NCBI RefSeq assembly: GCF_006345805.1
Contig: NC_043004.1
Coordinates: 54,932,001 to 54,996,000 of the forward strand
Length of the DNA stretch: 64,000 bases
Source: Octopus sinensis
Lineage: Eukaryota
Direction: 5' to 3'
Position numbers and translations under genes: made by a program. How positions within the stretch are numbered: the first letter of the stretch is position 1; each line of letters begins with the position of its first letter. Below, piece after piece: positions 1 through 12,407 of the stretch. The notes beneath the pieces were generated by a model. The model worked only from the letters and a program-made list of their open reading frames with translations. It did not search any database and was not told where the DNA came from.

Positions 1-234
1 GGGGGGACAAACACAAACACACAAACATATGCACACACACACACATATATATACGACGGGCTTCTTTCAGTTTCCATCTACCAAATCCACTCACAAGGCT
101 TTGGTTGGCCCGAGGCTATAGTAGAAGACACTTGCCCTAGGTGCCACGCAGTGGGACTGAACCCGAAACCATGTGGTTGGTAAGCAAGCTACTTACAACA
201 CAGCCATTCCTATGCCTATCTATTTATCTCTCTC

Positions 235-279
<45 letters not shown>

Positions 280-1180
280 TTTTACTTGTTTCTGTCATTT
301 GACTGCAGCCATGCTGGAGCACTGTCTTGAAGGGTTTTTTGTCGAACAAATCGACCCCAGGGCTTATGTTTTTTTAAAATTCGTACTTTTTCTGTCTGAC
401 TCTTTTGCCAAACCATTAAGTTCTGGGGACACTTGCATGCCAACACCGGTTGTCATGTGGTGATGTGGGGAGAAGCACAGACACAAAGACACATATACAA
501 TGGGCTTCCTTCAGTTTCCGTATACACACACACACACATATATTTGATAGACTACTTCGAATTTCTATCAACCAAATCCAATCACAAGGCTTTGGTCAGC
601 CCAAGGCTATAGTAAAATACACTTGTCCAAGGTGTCATACAGTGAGACTGAACCTGGAACTATGCGGTTGGAAAGCAAGCTACATTCCACACAGCCACAC
701 TTGTGCCTATATGTATGTATGTATATTAAAGTAATGATTTGAATAAGGAAAGAAGTCAGATTGACATTTGATTCTGTAAACAGATGATATCATGTGTTCC
801 ATATCTCATACAATATCATGTAACTTATATAACGTTGAGCAATCCATACAGTCTTATGTAATGCATGCCATAATATATGGAAATTTGTTATAATATTCCT
901 TTAGACTTTTCACTGCTTCAGATATCATGATTTGAAGGCATGATTGATCTAATCCTTTCCTCATCTAAATTATTATTTTTGTTATTCACTCTGCAGTGCT
1001 TATATTAAGCCCAATGAATCTTACTTTGGAGCTGTGTAGTGCTCCCTTTAGTATCAGTTGAAGTCTTACAAATCTCATTTTGATTTTGGAATACTATGCT
1101 AGCCACAATCCTGCATATGTGCTAATAAGGCAGGCATGTAATTATCCCCTCAGTCTATCTATCTGTCTTTATATCTAACA

Positions 1181-4100
1181 ATCATCATCATCATCATCGT
1201 TTAATGTCCACTTTCCATGCTAGCATGGGTTGGACGGTTCAACTGGGGTTTGGCAAGCCCGAAGGCTGCACCAGGGCAGTGTTTCTACAGCTGGATGCCC
1301 TTCCTAACGCCAACCACTCCGAGAGTGTAGTGGGTGATTTTATGTGCCACCGACACAGGTGCCAGACGAGGCTGGCAGACGGCCATGCTCGGATGGTGTT
1401 TTTTATGTGCCACCGACAGGTGCCAGACGAGGCTGGCGAACGGCCACGATCGGATGGTGTTTGTTACGTGCCCACAGCACAGAGGCCAGTCGATGCGGTA
1501 CTGGCTACGGTCACATTCGGATGGTTTTCTTATGTGCCACCGGCACCACAAGAATACAAATTCCATTGATGTTCATCTATTTTGATTTGGTTTGATTTGA
1601 TTTGATTTTTTTTTTTTTTATTTGATTTTCACTTGCCTCAACAGGTCTTCACAAGTGTCACAAGAAGGAAGGTATGCACAGGTGGACTGACTACGTCCCA
1701 GGTAGGGGCCACGGGTTATGGCTTCACTAGTCTTGCCGGGTCTTCTCACGCACAGCATACTTCCATAGGTCTCGGTCTCTAGTCATTTCCATGGTGAGGC
1801 CTAACGTTCGAAGGTCGTGCTTCACCACCTCGTCCCAGGTTTTCCTGGGTCTACCTCTTCCACGGGTTCCCTCAACTGCTAGGGATTGGCACTTTCTCAC
1901 ACACCTATCTTCATCCATTCTCGCCACATGACCATACCAGCGCAAACGTCTCTCTTGCACACCACAACTGATGCTTCTTAGGTACAACATTTCTCTCAAG
2001 GAACTAACGCTCTGTCGAGTAAGTACACTGACATTACACATCCATCGGAGAATACTGGCTTCATTCCTCATGAGCTTACGCATGTCCTCAGCAGTCACGG
2101 CCCATGTTTCACTGCCATGTAGCATGGCAGTTCGTACACATGCATCATACAGTCTGCCTTTTACTCTGAGCGAGAGGCCTTTAGTCACCAGCAGAGGTAA
2201 GAGCTCCCTAAACTTTGCCCAGGCTATTCTTATTCTAGCAGTTACACTCTCAGCGCACCCACCCCCACTACTGACTTGGTCAGCTAGATAACGGAAGCTA
2301 TCAACTACTTCTAGTTTTTCCCCCTGGAAAGTGACGGAAGTTGTTTTCTGCAGATTTTCGGAGGTCAATGCTCCCGAGCATCTGCCACATACAAAAACTA
2401 TCTTCCCAGTTAGCCTACCTTTGACATTGCTGCACCTCTTATGTGTCCATAGCTTACACTGGGTACATCTTATAGAGTTTCTACCTACACCTTTTCTACA
2501 GATCGAGCAGGGCCATCTTCCTGAAGACATTTGTGGATTGTCTACCTTTCTACTTATTAGTACTTTGGTTTTAGCTAGGTTGACTCTAAGGCCCTTTGAT
2601 TCTAAACCCTCCTTCCACACCTGGAACTTCTCCTCCAGTTCTGATAATGACTCAGCAATTAGAGCGAGGTCGTCAGCATAGAGGAGCTCCCAGGGGCAAC
2701 CTGTCTTGAATTCCTCCACAATTGCCTGGAGGACTATGATAAATAGGAGGGGGCTGAGTACTGAACCCTGGTGGACTCCAACCTCTACTTTGAATTCTTC
2801 AGTGTACATGTTGCCAATCCTAATCTTACTTACGGCATCTCTGTACATGGCTTGCACAGCCCTCACCAGCCATTCATCTATCCCTAGTTTCCTCATTGAC
2901 CACCAGATGAGGGATCGGGGGACCCTATCAAAGGCTTTCTCCATGTCAACGAAAGCCAGGTACAAGGGGCTTATCTTTGGCTAGGTATTTCTCCTGCAGC
3001 TGCCTTACCAGGAATATAGCATCAGTGGTGCTTTTCCCTGGCACGAACCCAAACTGCATCTCATCTAAACTAACTCTCTCTCTAATTAGTTGGGCTATGA
3101 CCCTCTCCATAACCTTCATTACCTGATCCAACAGCTTGATACCTCTGTAGTTATTTGTATCTGGGGCATCACCTTTACCTTTGTAGCAGTTGACTAGTAT
3201 GCTGCTACACCAGTCATTGGGTATGACTCCTTCGTGTATCACCTGGTTGACTATACGGGTGACTAGGTTATAGCCGACACTGCCAGATATTTTGAGCATC
3301 TCTGCAGTAATTCCTGATGGGCCTGGGCTTTCCCTGTCTTCATGCTTCTAATTGCCTTAGCTACCACGGAACTATCAACTCGGATAGCTGGTCCCTCTGT
3401 TGGGTCAACATTCGGCAGACTCTCTTTATCCCATTCATTTTCTTTATTCAGCAACCTTTCATAGTGGCATCTCCAAACCTCTCTCTTTGCATCCTCAGTT
3501 AGCGCAAGTGAACCATCATCCATGCAAACACACTTCTCTCCTACCACATCACGATTCTCTCTCACACACTGTCTTGCAACCCGAAATACCTCAAGTCTTT
3601 CATCCTCACGGCTCAGAACATTGGCAAATTTTTTCTTATCTGCTTCCCCTCTGGCTAAATAAACCTGTCTCCTAGCTTCCCTTCGGGCTGTCTGATACAA
3701 TTCCCTGCTACCACCGTTCTTCCAGTCCTTCCAAGCCTGTCTCTTTTGTCTAATAGCCCTGTCAACCACAGTGTTCCACCACCATGTTACTCTGGGTCGA
3801 GATGGTACTTTGCTCCATCCACAGATCTGGTCAGTGGCATCAGCAGATTGCCCCGTAGAAATCTCCAGCTGTCTTCCACAGAAATCTCCACAGAAATCTC
3901 CAGCTGTCTTCCAGCTGTCAAAGGCTTCGAGTAGTATGTCTCTAAATCTCTGTCCATTTGCAGGATCTTTAAGCTTCCAGACCCTTCTCCTCCAAGCTGG
4001 TCTTCTTTTGGGCAACCATTTAGCTCTGATCCTGAAGTCGCTAACTACTAATCTATGTTGAGGAGTACATTCTTCGCCTGGAAAGGTTTTGGCATTTATA

Positions 4101-4940
4101 ATCAGCCCTCTTTCCCTTTTTCTGGTAAGGATGTAGTCAATCTGGCTGGTGTGTCTGCCAGAACGGTAGGTGACTAGGTGAGAGGTGGGTTTCCTGAAGT
4201 TGGTATTGCAGACCATAAGGTCATTTGCATCGCAGAACTCCAGCAGCCTGGTTCCCTCCTCATTACAAGAGCCAAAACCGTAGCCTCCATGGACGCCATG
4301 GAAGCCCCCGACATGCCGTCCAACATGTCCATTGAAATCACCTGCCACGAAGAGAAGGTCACTGTCATTTGTCAACGAGGTAGTCCACAATAGGGTGTCA
4401 TAGAATTGGTCTTTTTGTCCTTCCGGTAGCCCTGGTTGAGGGGCATATGCCGAGATGATGGTAGCTGTCCTATGGTGAAGGACTAATCTAATTTTAATTA
4501 CTCTGTCACTTACTCTGACTACCTCGATTACCTTACCTACCCATTTCTCCGCAAGAAGTATACCCACGCCCCTGACCCCGTCAGTGTTCCCCGCCCAGAA
4601 AATCTTGTACCTGTGTTCCTTGCCTGTGAGGAGCCTAGCGGAACCTCCTCTCCACCTTACTTCCTGGATACAGCATACATCCACACGTCTCCGTTCAAGC
4701 AACTCTACAATCTCTCCAGACCTACCTTTCAATGTGCCAACTCTGAGGGTGTGGGAGGTGTGGGCATCTGAGACCCTGGGATGAGGGACAGCCGTGTCAT
4801 GTACCTGAAAAGAAAGCTTGCATTTGGCAGATTTCATATGGAAACACTAGACTACAACCTGCATACATTTCACAATTTTTTGCGCTATATGATCAGATAA
4901 ACCCTACATAGGTGCTAGTGGGGGTGGGGGGTAGTTAAGT
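1181..4940 (-). mobile_element. Near full-length RTE-clade LINE with 3' UTR and (GAT)n tail
   Basis: APE endonuclease motifs (CCIQEVRW, GVGILL, ISAYAPQ, VAGDFNGH, SQIDYIL, HRLVV). RT motifs (QFGFVPGKSTTDAIF, AFVDMEKAFDRV, GVHQGSVLSPLLF, LLYADDL, LRWYGHV..RGRGRPRKTW). Stop at 1727, then ~540 nt structured 3' UTR ending in (GAT)n at 1181. 5' limit taken from similarity with the second copy. Confidence 0.95.
1727..4837 (-). pseudogene. Disrupted RTE ORF (APE endonuclease, RT, PHD-like insert)
   Basis: Split into three ORF-track pieces (3263-4837, 2946-3299, 1727-2965) by two frameshifts. Lacks NVGTL in the first EN motif (present in copy 2). Small tandem duplication near 3860-3915. Confidence 0.9.
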
Positions 4941-5600
4941 AAGACGGGTAGAACATCCGGTATTTGGGTAGAAACTTCCAGTATTGGTGGAGGGGGTGGG
5001 AGGGCGGGCGAGAACATAGAAGCAACTAGTTTGAATATTATATTTGAGGGGAAAAATAATTAGATAAATGAATGAAAGCCAGAGAGAGAATGAAAATAAA
5101 TAATAATATATATATATACATAAATATATATTTATATATATATACCTTGATTTATATCAGATGAATGAGAGGGGTGCTCAGTACATATTTTTGAAATGAT
5201 GAAGAGGGAGGTGAGAGCGGCGGAACACTTGCCTGAAGATTGCATTGGCATGAAACTTTAATTGAGAGACAAATTGTCAGTTTGTGTTTCAATATATATA
5301 TATATATATATTTGTGGATTAATAAGTCAACCAATGGTTTCTTGTTGAAAATATCTTCACAATTTCAGTATTCTCATCCAAAATGGAGTTAATTACCAGC
5401 ATTCCTAAGTGGTTTATTTGAAAATTATGGGGAAGCTTTCCATGTAAAATCATTGTTTGCCTTCTTAATCCTGAAGAAAGAATATTATTCACCAAGGCTG
5501 CATTGTGCTCTCATTCTCACTATTCATTCCTGTTCATTAATAAACAAAATTTAATGGATAATTCAAAACATTACTACATGCATTTCAATAGTGTGGTTTA

Positions 5601-5999
5601 TCTCTATATATATAAACAGCAGTTTGTCTGTCTGTGTGGCTGTCAGGTTGTACCCTCACCCTGACCACGGCTTTCAACCGATTCTGATGAAACTTGACAC
5701 ACACATAGCCCAATGTCATAATTCAAAACTAACACAGCAAAAATTTTGAAAAGTTCCCCCAGTTCTGAAAAAAATTGATAAATTCGACATGGGGTCGAGA
5801 ATCTAAGCTTTTTATATGCAACACATTTTCTGTCGGGAGACAGCTAGGAACATCGTATACATAGAAGTATTCAAGTGAAGAGAAGACATTGCAACCTAAC
5901 ATGCGCCTTCGTTCCCTAGAGGGAAAGAACTAGATTGGGATTAGTCGTTGCCTACTAGGGGCTCTTACATACCCGGGCAACGCCGGGCTATGCTGCTAG
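5601..5999 (+). mobile_element. Non-autonomous Helitron-like element (~400 bp)
   Basis: 5' TC(TCTATATATATAAA), subterminal hairpin CCCGGgcaacgCCGGG, 3' CTAG (5996-5999). Inserted between A (5600) and T (6000) with no TSD. Confidence 0.8.
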
Positions 6000-6254
6000 T
6001 TATCTAATACAAAGTCCATTACATAACATATTTGATAAAGTTACATAAATTTGTATTGTCCCAAAAGCACTTCATTACATAAGATAAACCCCGTCAAATT
6101 TTTTGTAAGAACTGTCATCTTGTCCACTTGAATTATCTGGAATACTTTCTTTCAGACTAATCTGTTTAACCAAAGATAAGCATAGGCGCTTGTAAGTTAA
6201 TCTGCTAAGATCCTTTTGATCACTTCTGTATTCCTCTCTCTCTTTGTATATATA

Positions 6255-6585
6255 TTTATATTGATATTTAGCAGAAGTAACAGAGTGACTCAAGGTCTGA
6301 GAGTTTCATGCATTGACGCTTACCAAACTAGTCACAGGTCGAAAGCCTATGGGTTCATATAATTGTTGATAAATTTCCCTCTGGATTGTTCTAGAATGAA
6401 CCATAATAATGTTGCATAATTATTGATTTGTTCTATTAATAGAAGAATACAGAGAGAAACTTATCAACAACTATTTAAACCCACAGGCCTTCAACCTGTG
6501 ACTAGTTTGATAAGTGCCAATTTATGAAACTCTCAGACCTTGAGTCACTCTGTTACTACTGCTAAATATTAATAAAAATATATAT
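6255..6585. repeat. Long inverted repeat (~145-bp arms, ~50-nt spacer), Penelope-like
   Basis: 6255-6400 is the reverse complement of 6450-6585 with roughly 15-20% mismatches by eye. Both arms carry a decayed hammerhead-like motif. Confidence 0.8.
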
Positions 6586-6727
6586 TTACTCTAATCTTGA
6601 GTTGTATTTTTCCTGTTTTGCATCAACATACCTGTTGCTTGTGTTTTGAACTCTATCGGTCAACATCTGGTCTTAAAGGTCATCCGAGAGCTGAATGATT
6701 GTGCTGTGTGATGGGAAGCAATTATCC

Positions 6728-6792
<65 letters not shown>

Positions 6793-7214
6793 TATATATT
6801 CTCTTTTACTTGTTTCAGTCATTTGACTGCAACCATGCTGGAGCACCGCCTTTTGTCGAGCAAATCGACGCCGAGACTTATTCTTTGTAAGCCCAGTACT
6901 TATTCTCTCGGCCTCTTTTGCCGAATCGCTAAGTGACGGAGGCGTAGACACACCAGCATCGGTTGTCAAGCAATGCTAGGGGGACAAACACAGACACACA
7001 CATACATATACACACACACTTATATATTTATATACATATATACAACAGGCTTCTTTCAGTTTCCATCTACCAAATCAACTCACAAGGCATTGGTCGGCCC
7101 GGGGCTATAGCAGAAGACACTTGCCCAAGATACCACGCAGTGGGACTGAACCCGGAACCATGTGGTTGGTTAGCAAGCTACTTACCACACAGCCACTCCT
7201 GTGCATATATATAA

Positions 7215-7264
<50 letters not shown>

Positions 7265-7268
7265 CATA

Positions 7269-8482
7269 CAGGGAGCATAAGATATTTGAAGTCAGATTTA
7301 TGTTTATAAAAAAACAAATATGTAATAACAGATAACTTTATTTATCAAAAAATGCTATGAGGATAAAAATAAACCTTCATTTCTAGAATGTTATTCAGTA
7401 AAGCCACCTTCAGCTTCAACAATTGCTTCTATATGAGATCTAAATCATCTACATGCTTGAATCAAGTGGGCCTCATTCATTTTGGATATCACTCTGACTA
7501 TGGCAGCTTTCAAAGAATCTTTAGTGTTATGGGCATGTTCATTAACTTCTCTTTCAACGATACTCTACATGTAATGGTTCAATGGATTGAGATCTGGGGG
7601 AACTAGGAGGCCAAATGTTAGGGGATATATGATTATGAAAATTTTCAGCCCTCCATTCTTGTGTTACTAGAGCCATGTGTGATAGTACAGAGTCTTACTG
7701 AAACACATATGACCTTCCATTGCATACACTGTCTATCCAGGGCTTAATAATTATTTTCAGGACCTCAGTGTAGGCGGCAGAGTTAACTCTAATGTCCTTC
7801 ATTGCTGACAACCCCTAAAACCATAACAGTTGCAGGAAATTTTGTATGCATAACATTTGGAACTTCAGAAGGGTCTGCACATAACCATCTGTCATTTCTT
7901 CTGTTAACTTTTTGATCTTGGTTGAAGTTTTTCTCATTTGAGAAAAACCAAACAAGATCTTCTGCTGGATTTTTCAGTTTGTTTGATAGCCTTTTAGAAC
8001 TGATGTAGTGATTTTCTTTTGCTTCTTCTGACAAATTGACCTTTCTTCATCATATAAGACTTATATCTGGTATCTTCGTAGACAACATTTCTGACTGTTC
8101 CTTCTGACAAATGGAGATCTTTTGCAATTGACCTCATGGACTTTCTGGGATTGTAATCAATAGTCTGTTGATGGATAAATTCAGGTGTTCTGATGATTTC
8201 AGAGCATTTAGAATGCTTTTTATACTTTGATACTGGTGATATGTTTCCATCTTCAGTCTCTAGCTCCTTACAAACCCTGTATGTGAATGATCTGGCAAAT
8301 CAAGATATTTCTAAATCGCTATACTCAGCCTTTATAACCACAATAACAGCATGCCTCTTCATTTCTTGAGTAAGCTGAGGGTCTGCCATTATTATTTTCT
8401 GAAACAAAGATTATACAGAGTTAACAAAAAATGAAGCAATGACCCCTAAAATGGTATGTCCTCAAATACCTTATCCACCCTA
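7269..8482 (-). mobile_element. Decayed maT/Bmmar1-type (DD37D) Tc1/mariner transposon
   Basis: TIRs CAGGGAGCATAAGATATTTGA / TCAAATACCTTATCCACCCTA flanked by TA. Transposase remnant FFSNEKNF..MHTKFPATVMVLGVVSNEGH..FQ*DS..WPPSSPDLNPL(N), with 37 residues between the 2nd and 3rd catalytic positions after one frameshift correction. Confidence 0.88.
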
Positions 8483-8643
8483 TATATATATAAAGGCAAA
8501 AGTATGGCCATATGGTAAGAAGCTTTCTTCCCAACAACTTGGTTCTTGGTCCAGTCCCACTGCATGGTACCTTGACCAGGCACTGGTTTGACCAATGCTT
8601 TGAGAGTGATTTGGTACATAGAAACTGAAAGAATCTTGTCATA

Positions 8644-8685
<42 letters not shown>

Positions 8686-9732
8686 GATATATATATAGAT
8701 ATATCATCATTATTGTTTAATGTCCACCTTCCATGCTGGCATGGGTGGGACAGTTTGACAGGAGCTGACCAGGCAGAAGCCTGCACCAGACTTCTTGGGA
8801 CTATTTTGGTAGAATTTTTACAGCTGGATTCCCTTCATAACACCAACCACTCAGCAGAATGGACTTGCATCATCATCGTATCACACACACACACACATAT
8901 ATATATGTGTGTGTGTGTCTTTGTGTATGTGTTTGTCTCTCACCATTGCTTGTTGAATGGTGTTGGTTTGTTTACATCCCCAAAGCTTAGGTGTTCAGCA
9001 AAAGAGACCGATACGATAAGTACCAGGCTTATAAAACAGAATATGCTCTGGAGTTGACTTGCTCGACTGAAACCCTTCAAGGCGGTACCCCCTGCATGGC
9101 TACCTTCCAATGACTGAAACAATTAAAATATAAAAGATTACACATGCACATATGTCTATATCTATATATGTATATATATTTTCATATATATCTGTTTGCC
9201 TTTAAAAATTTGCACATAACCAGATTTAGTAAATTGTGCATATGTATTCAAAATCTGGTTCAGTTGGAGTTTTTAATAGGAAATGTATTTTTCTTAACAC
9301 AAATTTTCTATCATTTATTTGTATATACATTCACACACACACAATTGCTAGAGATGCTGTGTACTGAAATTGAGCCCAGAACTAGAAGGTTGCTGCAGCT
9401 ATATCTCTGTCCCAATTATATTTACCACTTAGCTTTGGAACATCTTCAGTTTCTTTAAAGCTCTCCGTTTTATCTTTGTTTATATTCTGTACTTTGTTCC
9501 CTGCAAAACAATCAACAATAGCCTTTCCACATGGTGTGACTGCTTTTTGACATATTCTACATCTTAATTAGAACACACTATACAAATATTCTTAATCTTT
9601 ATAAAACCTCTGAGTGTGTGTGTGTATAAAAGTTGATGTCTGTGTAGAAGTTGGACTTTTTGTATGTATATATATGTGTGTATGTGTAGATGTATTACTG
9701 TTTTGTGTGTATGTCTGTGTCTATCTATCTAT

Positions 9733-9787
<55 letters not shown>

Positions 9788-9818
9788 AATTCACAAAGGC
9801 TGTGAGGACAGCTTAGAG

Positions 9819-10037
9819 CAGTGGTTTTCAACCAGGGTTCCGCAGAACCTTAGGGTTCCGTCAGTACAGTGCAAGGGTTCCACAAGAAGTTACAAAACTG
9901 CTAAAATCGACAGTAATTTTTAAGTCTCCTCTGCAGATATGTGTGCATAAGACTATTAAATTATTGCACAGGGGTTCCTCGAGCCAGTGGAATGTTTCCT
10001 TGGGGTTCCGCTCCAGCAAAAAGTTTGAAAAGCACTG
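9819..10037. mobile_element. hAT (Charlie/SPIN-like) MITE
   Basis: TIRs CAGTGGTTTTCAA / TTGAAAAGCACTG and repeated GGGTTCC subterminal motifs. The 8-bp TSD is not convincing. Confidence 0.7.
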
Positions 10038-11581
10038 GCAAATACCATTTAGAAGGCTTCTTTTATTTTCTGTAGATTACTGACACATGCAGCACTTATT
10101 AGTTTGTTCTTGTAAAAGTGTTCACTATTTTCTTTATTGCATGAAACTCAGAGTAATGGTTGTGTAGTTAAGAAACTCACTTTGCAACTATGTGATTGTA
10201 TGTTCAGTCCCACTCTGCAGCACTTTGGGCAAGTATCCTCTACTCTAGTCTCAGGCCAACCAATGCTTCGTGAGTGGATTTTGTACATGGAAACTGTGTG
10301 GAAGCCCATTTTACGTATGCATATATATTTCTTTACTACCCACAAGGGGCTAAACACAGAGGGGACAAACAAGGACAGACAAACGGATTAAGTCAATTAC
10401 ATCAACCCCAGTGCGTAACTGGTACTTAATTTATCGACCCCGAAAGGATGAAAGGCAAAGTGGACCTCCGCGAAATTTGAACTCAGAACGTAACGGCAGA
10501 CGAAATACGGCTACACATTTCACCCGGCGTGCTAACGTTTCTGCCAGCTCGCTGCCTTACATATGCATATATGTGTGTGTGAATGCACAGTTAGAGTGTT
10601 GTGCTCACAATCATGCGGTAGTGAGTTTGAGTCCTGGACCGAGTTGTGTCTTGTGTTTTTGAGCAAGACGCTTTATTTCTTGCGGCTCCAGTTTTCTCAG
10701 CTGTAGAAATGAGTTGTGACATCACTGATGTCAAGTGTATCAGCTTTTGCCTTTCGTTTGGATAACCCTGGTTGCGTAGAGAGGGGAGGCGTGTAGACAT
10801 GGCCAACTGCTGGTCTTCCATACACAACTTTGCCCAGAGTGTTTCAGAGGATAACTATCTAGGCGCAGTCTATGGTCATTCATGTCCAAAGGAAGTTTTT
10901 ACCCTATATGTATATATATATACACACACACACACATACATATATACACACACAAACACACACACACATATATCTTTGTATTTGTTTACCACCGCCACTT
11001 GGCAACCAGTGTTGGTTTGTTTGTGTTCCCATAACTTAGCGAAAAAGACTAATAGAATATGTAAGAGAATTTAAAAACAAAAAATAAATAAATGCTGGGG
11101 TCAATTTGTTCAACTAAATCCTTCAAGATGGTGCCCCAGCATGGCCTTAGTCCTATGACTGAAAGAAGTAAAAGTTAAATGATACTCTACATAATGTATT
11201 GAGTGTTCTTTCCTGAATATGTATAATGTGTGTTTGTGTGTATATATGTGTATGTATACATACAACACTCTCACACATATACAGTTGCAATCAGTTTTTC
11301 TAATTTAGAGGATGTAAAACCTCTCCTATCTCTCATTAATTTCTCTCATTAATTTCCTAAAGAGGAACTCTATCTGAAACTTTGAACTTTCTACTCCCCT
11401 CAGCAAGTTCATTGTACTCCTTTTACTGATTTTACTAAATAATACAGAAGTTGCCAACACAGCCCAACACTACCTTTCTCTTTCATTATAAATATGTGTG
11501 TAAATGTGTGCGACACAGTCTTTCACACAGTGTCTATCTAATACAGTTTACATAATAAGGCATTTGTTTGCACTAATGCTA

Positions 11582-11973
11582 GGATCTTTTCGGCTTGAAC
11601 GGCAGTTTTTTCTAGCGGTGTCATGAAATTGTCACCCATAATTATGACCCTAGAATCGATCTATTGCATTTCAATCTGTTTTAGTGTTAGGGGTGGAGTG
11701 AAGGGTATCTTTTTTTTCTTCACAAATGTAAATAAACCCAATCTGTTTCTTAAACGAGGAACATATTCATACGGCACAGAATGTCACTGATTGGTTGAAA
11801 TTGCAGAAATTGAAGAAAAAAGACAACAAATATCTTACAAACTATAGAATTTTCTCAATAAAGCCAAGAGAGAAAGATGTTTTATAAACACATTCTACCA
11901 GTATACGAAGTTTAAAATTTTTTTAGTTACCTAGAAATTATGTTAAAAACTGCCATTCAAACCGAAAAGATCA
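11582..11973. mobile_element. hAT-type MITE, GGATC-TIR family, copy 1
   Basis: ~28-bp TIRs GGATCTTTTCGGCTTGAACGGCAGTTTT / AAAACTGCCATTCAAACCGAAAAGATCA. Perfect 8-bp TSD TAATGCTA (11574-11581, 11974-11981). Confidence 0.88.
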
Positions 11974-12374
11974 TAATGCTAGGATAGAAAACACTTGGCC
12001 CCCAGGTACCTTTCAGTGGGTTTGAACCAGAAACAATGTGATTACATTGTGATCTTATGATCTCCACTGGCAATCATTTTGCCATTCATCAGTCAGTAAC
12101 TCATTAGCTTCCCATCTTCCACAGAAACATTGTGCCATGTTGTTCTCATGATCTAAATGTCCTCAGATGCCATCCTCCCATTCATCCATTCTTGTTGTCA
12201 TCTTAGCATAATATATGCATCACATGAAGGCTTATTTATTACTCATTATCATTTGCAGGTCATGCACTGATGTAATCTTTTTCGACCTGTATAATCAAGC
12301 TGATCTTTATTGTTATATGGCTAATAGACCAACAGCTGGTCTCATTGACCTATCTATCTATCTATCTATTCCTG

Positions 12375-12407
<33 letters not shown>

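Noticed and set aside
4795-4837. Conserved TTTCTTTTCAG|GT in both RTE copies as a spliced 5' end
   Set aside because: An in-frame ATG just upstream is conserved in both copies, so coding constraint explains it. No donor was identified.
4840-5100. HDV-like ribozyme at the RTE 5' end (known for some RTE elements)
   Set aside because: I could not build the nested double pseudoknot by eye, and the true 5' end is undefined.
5684-5690. CTGATGA as a hammerhead core
   Set aside because: No stem II followed by GAAA; it is part of the Helitron-like element.
12086-12092. Minus-strand CTGATGA followed by a TGGCAA/TTGCCA hairpin
   Set aside because: The hairpin is followed by GTGG, not GAAA, and there is no stem III or stem I.
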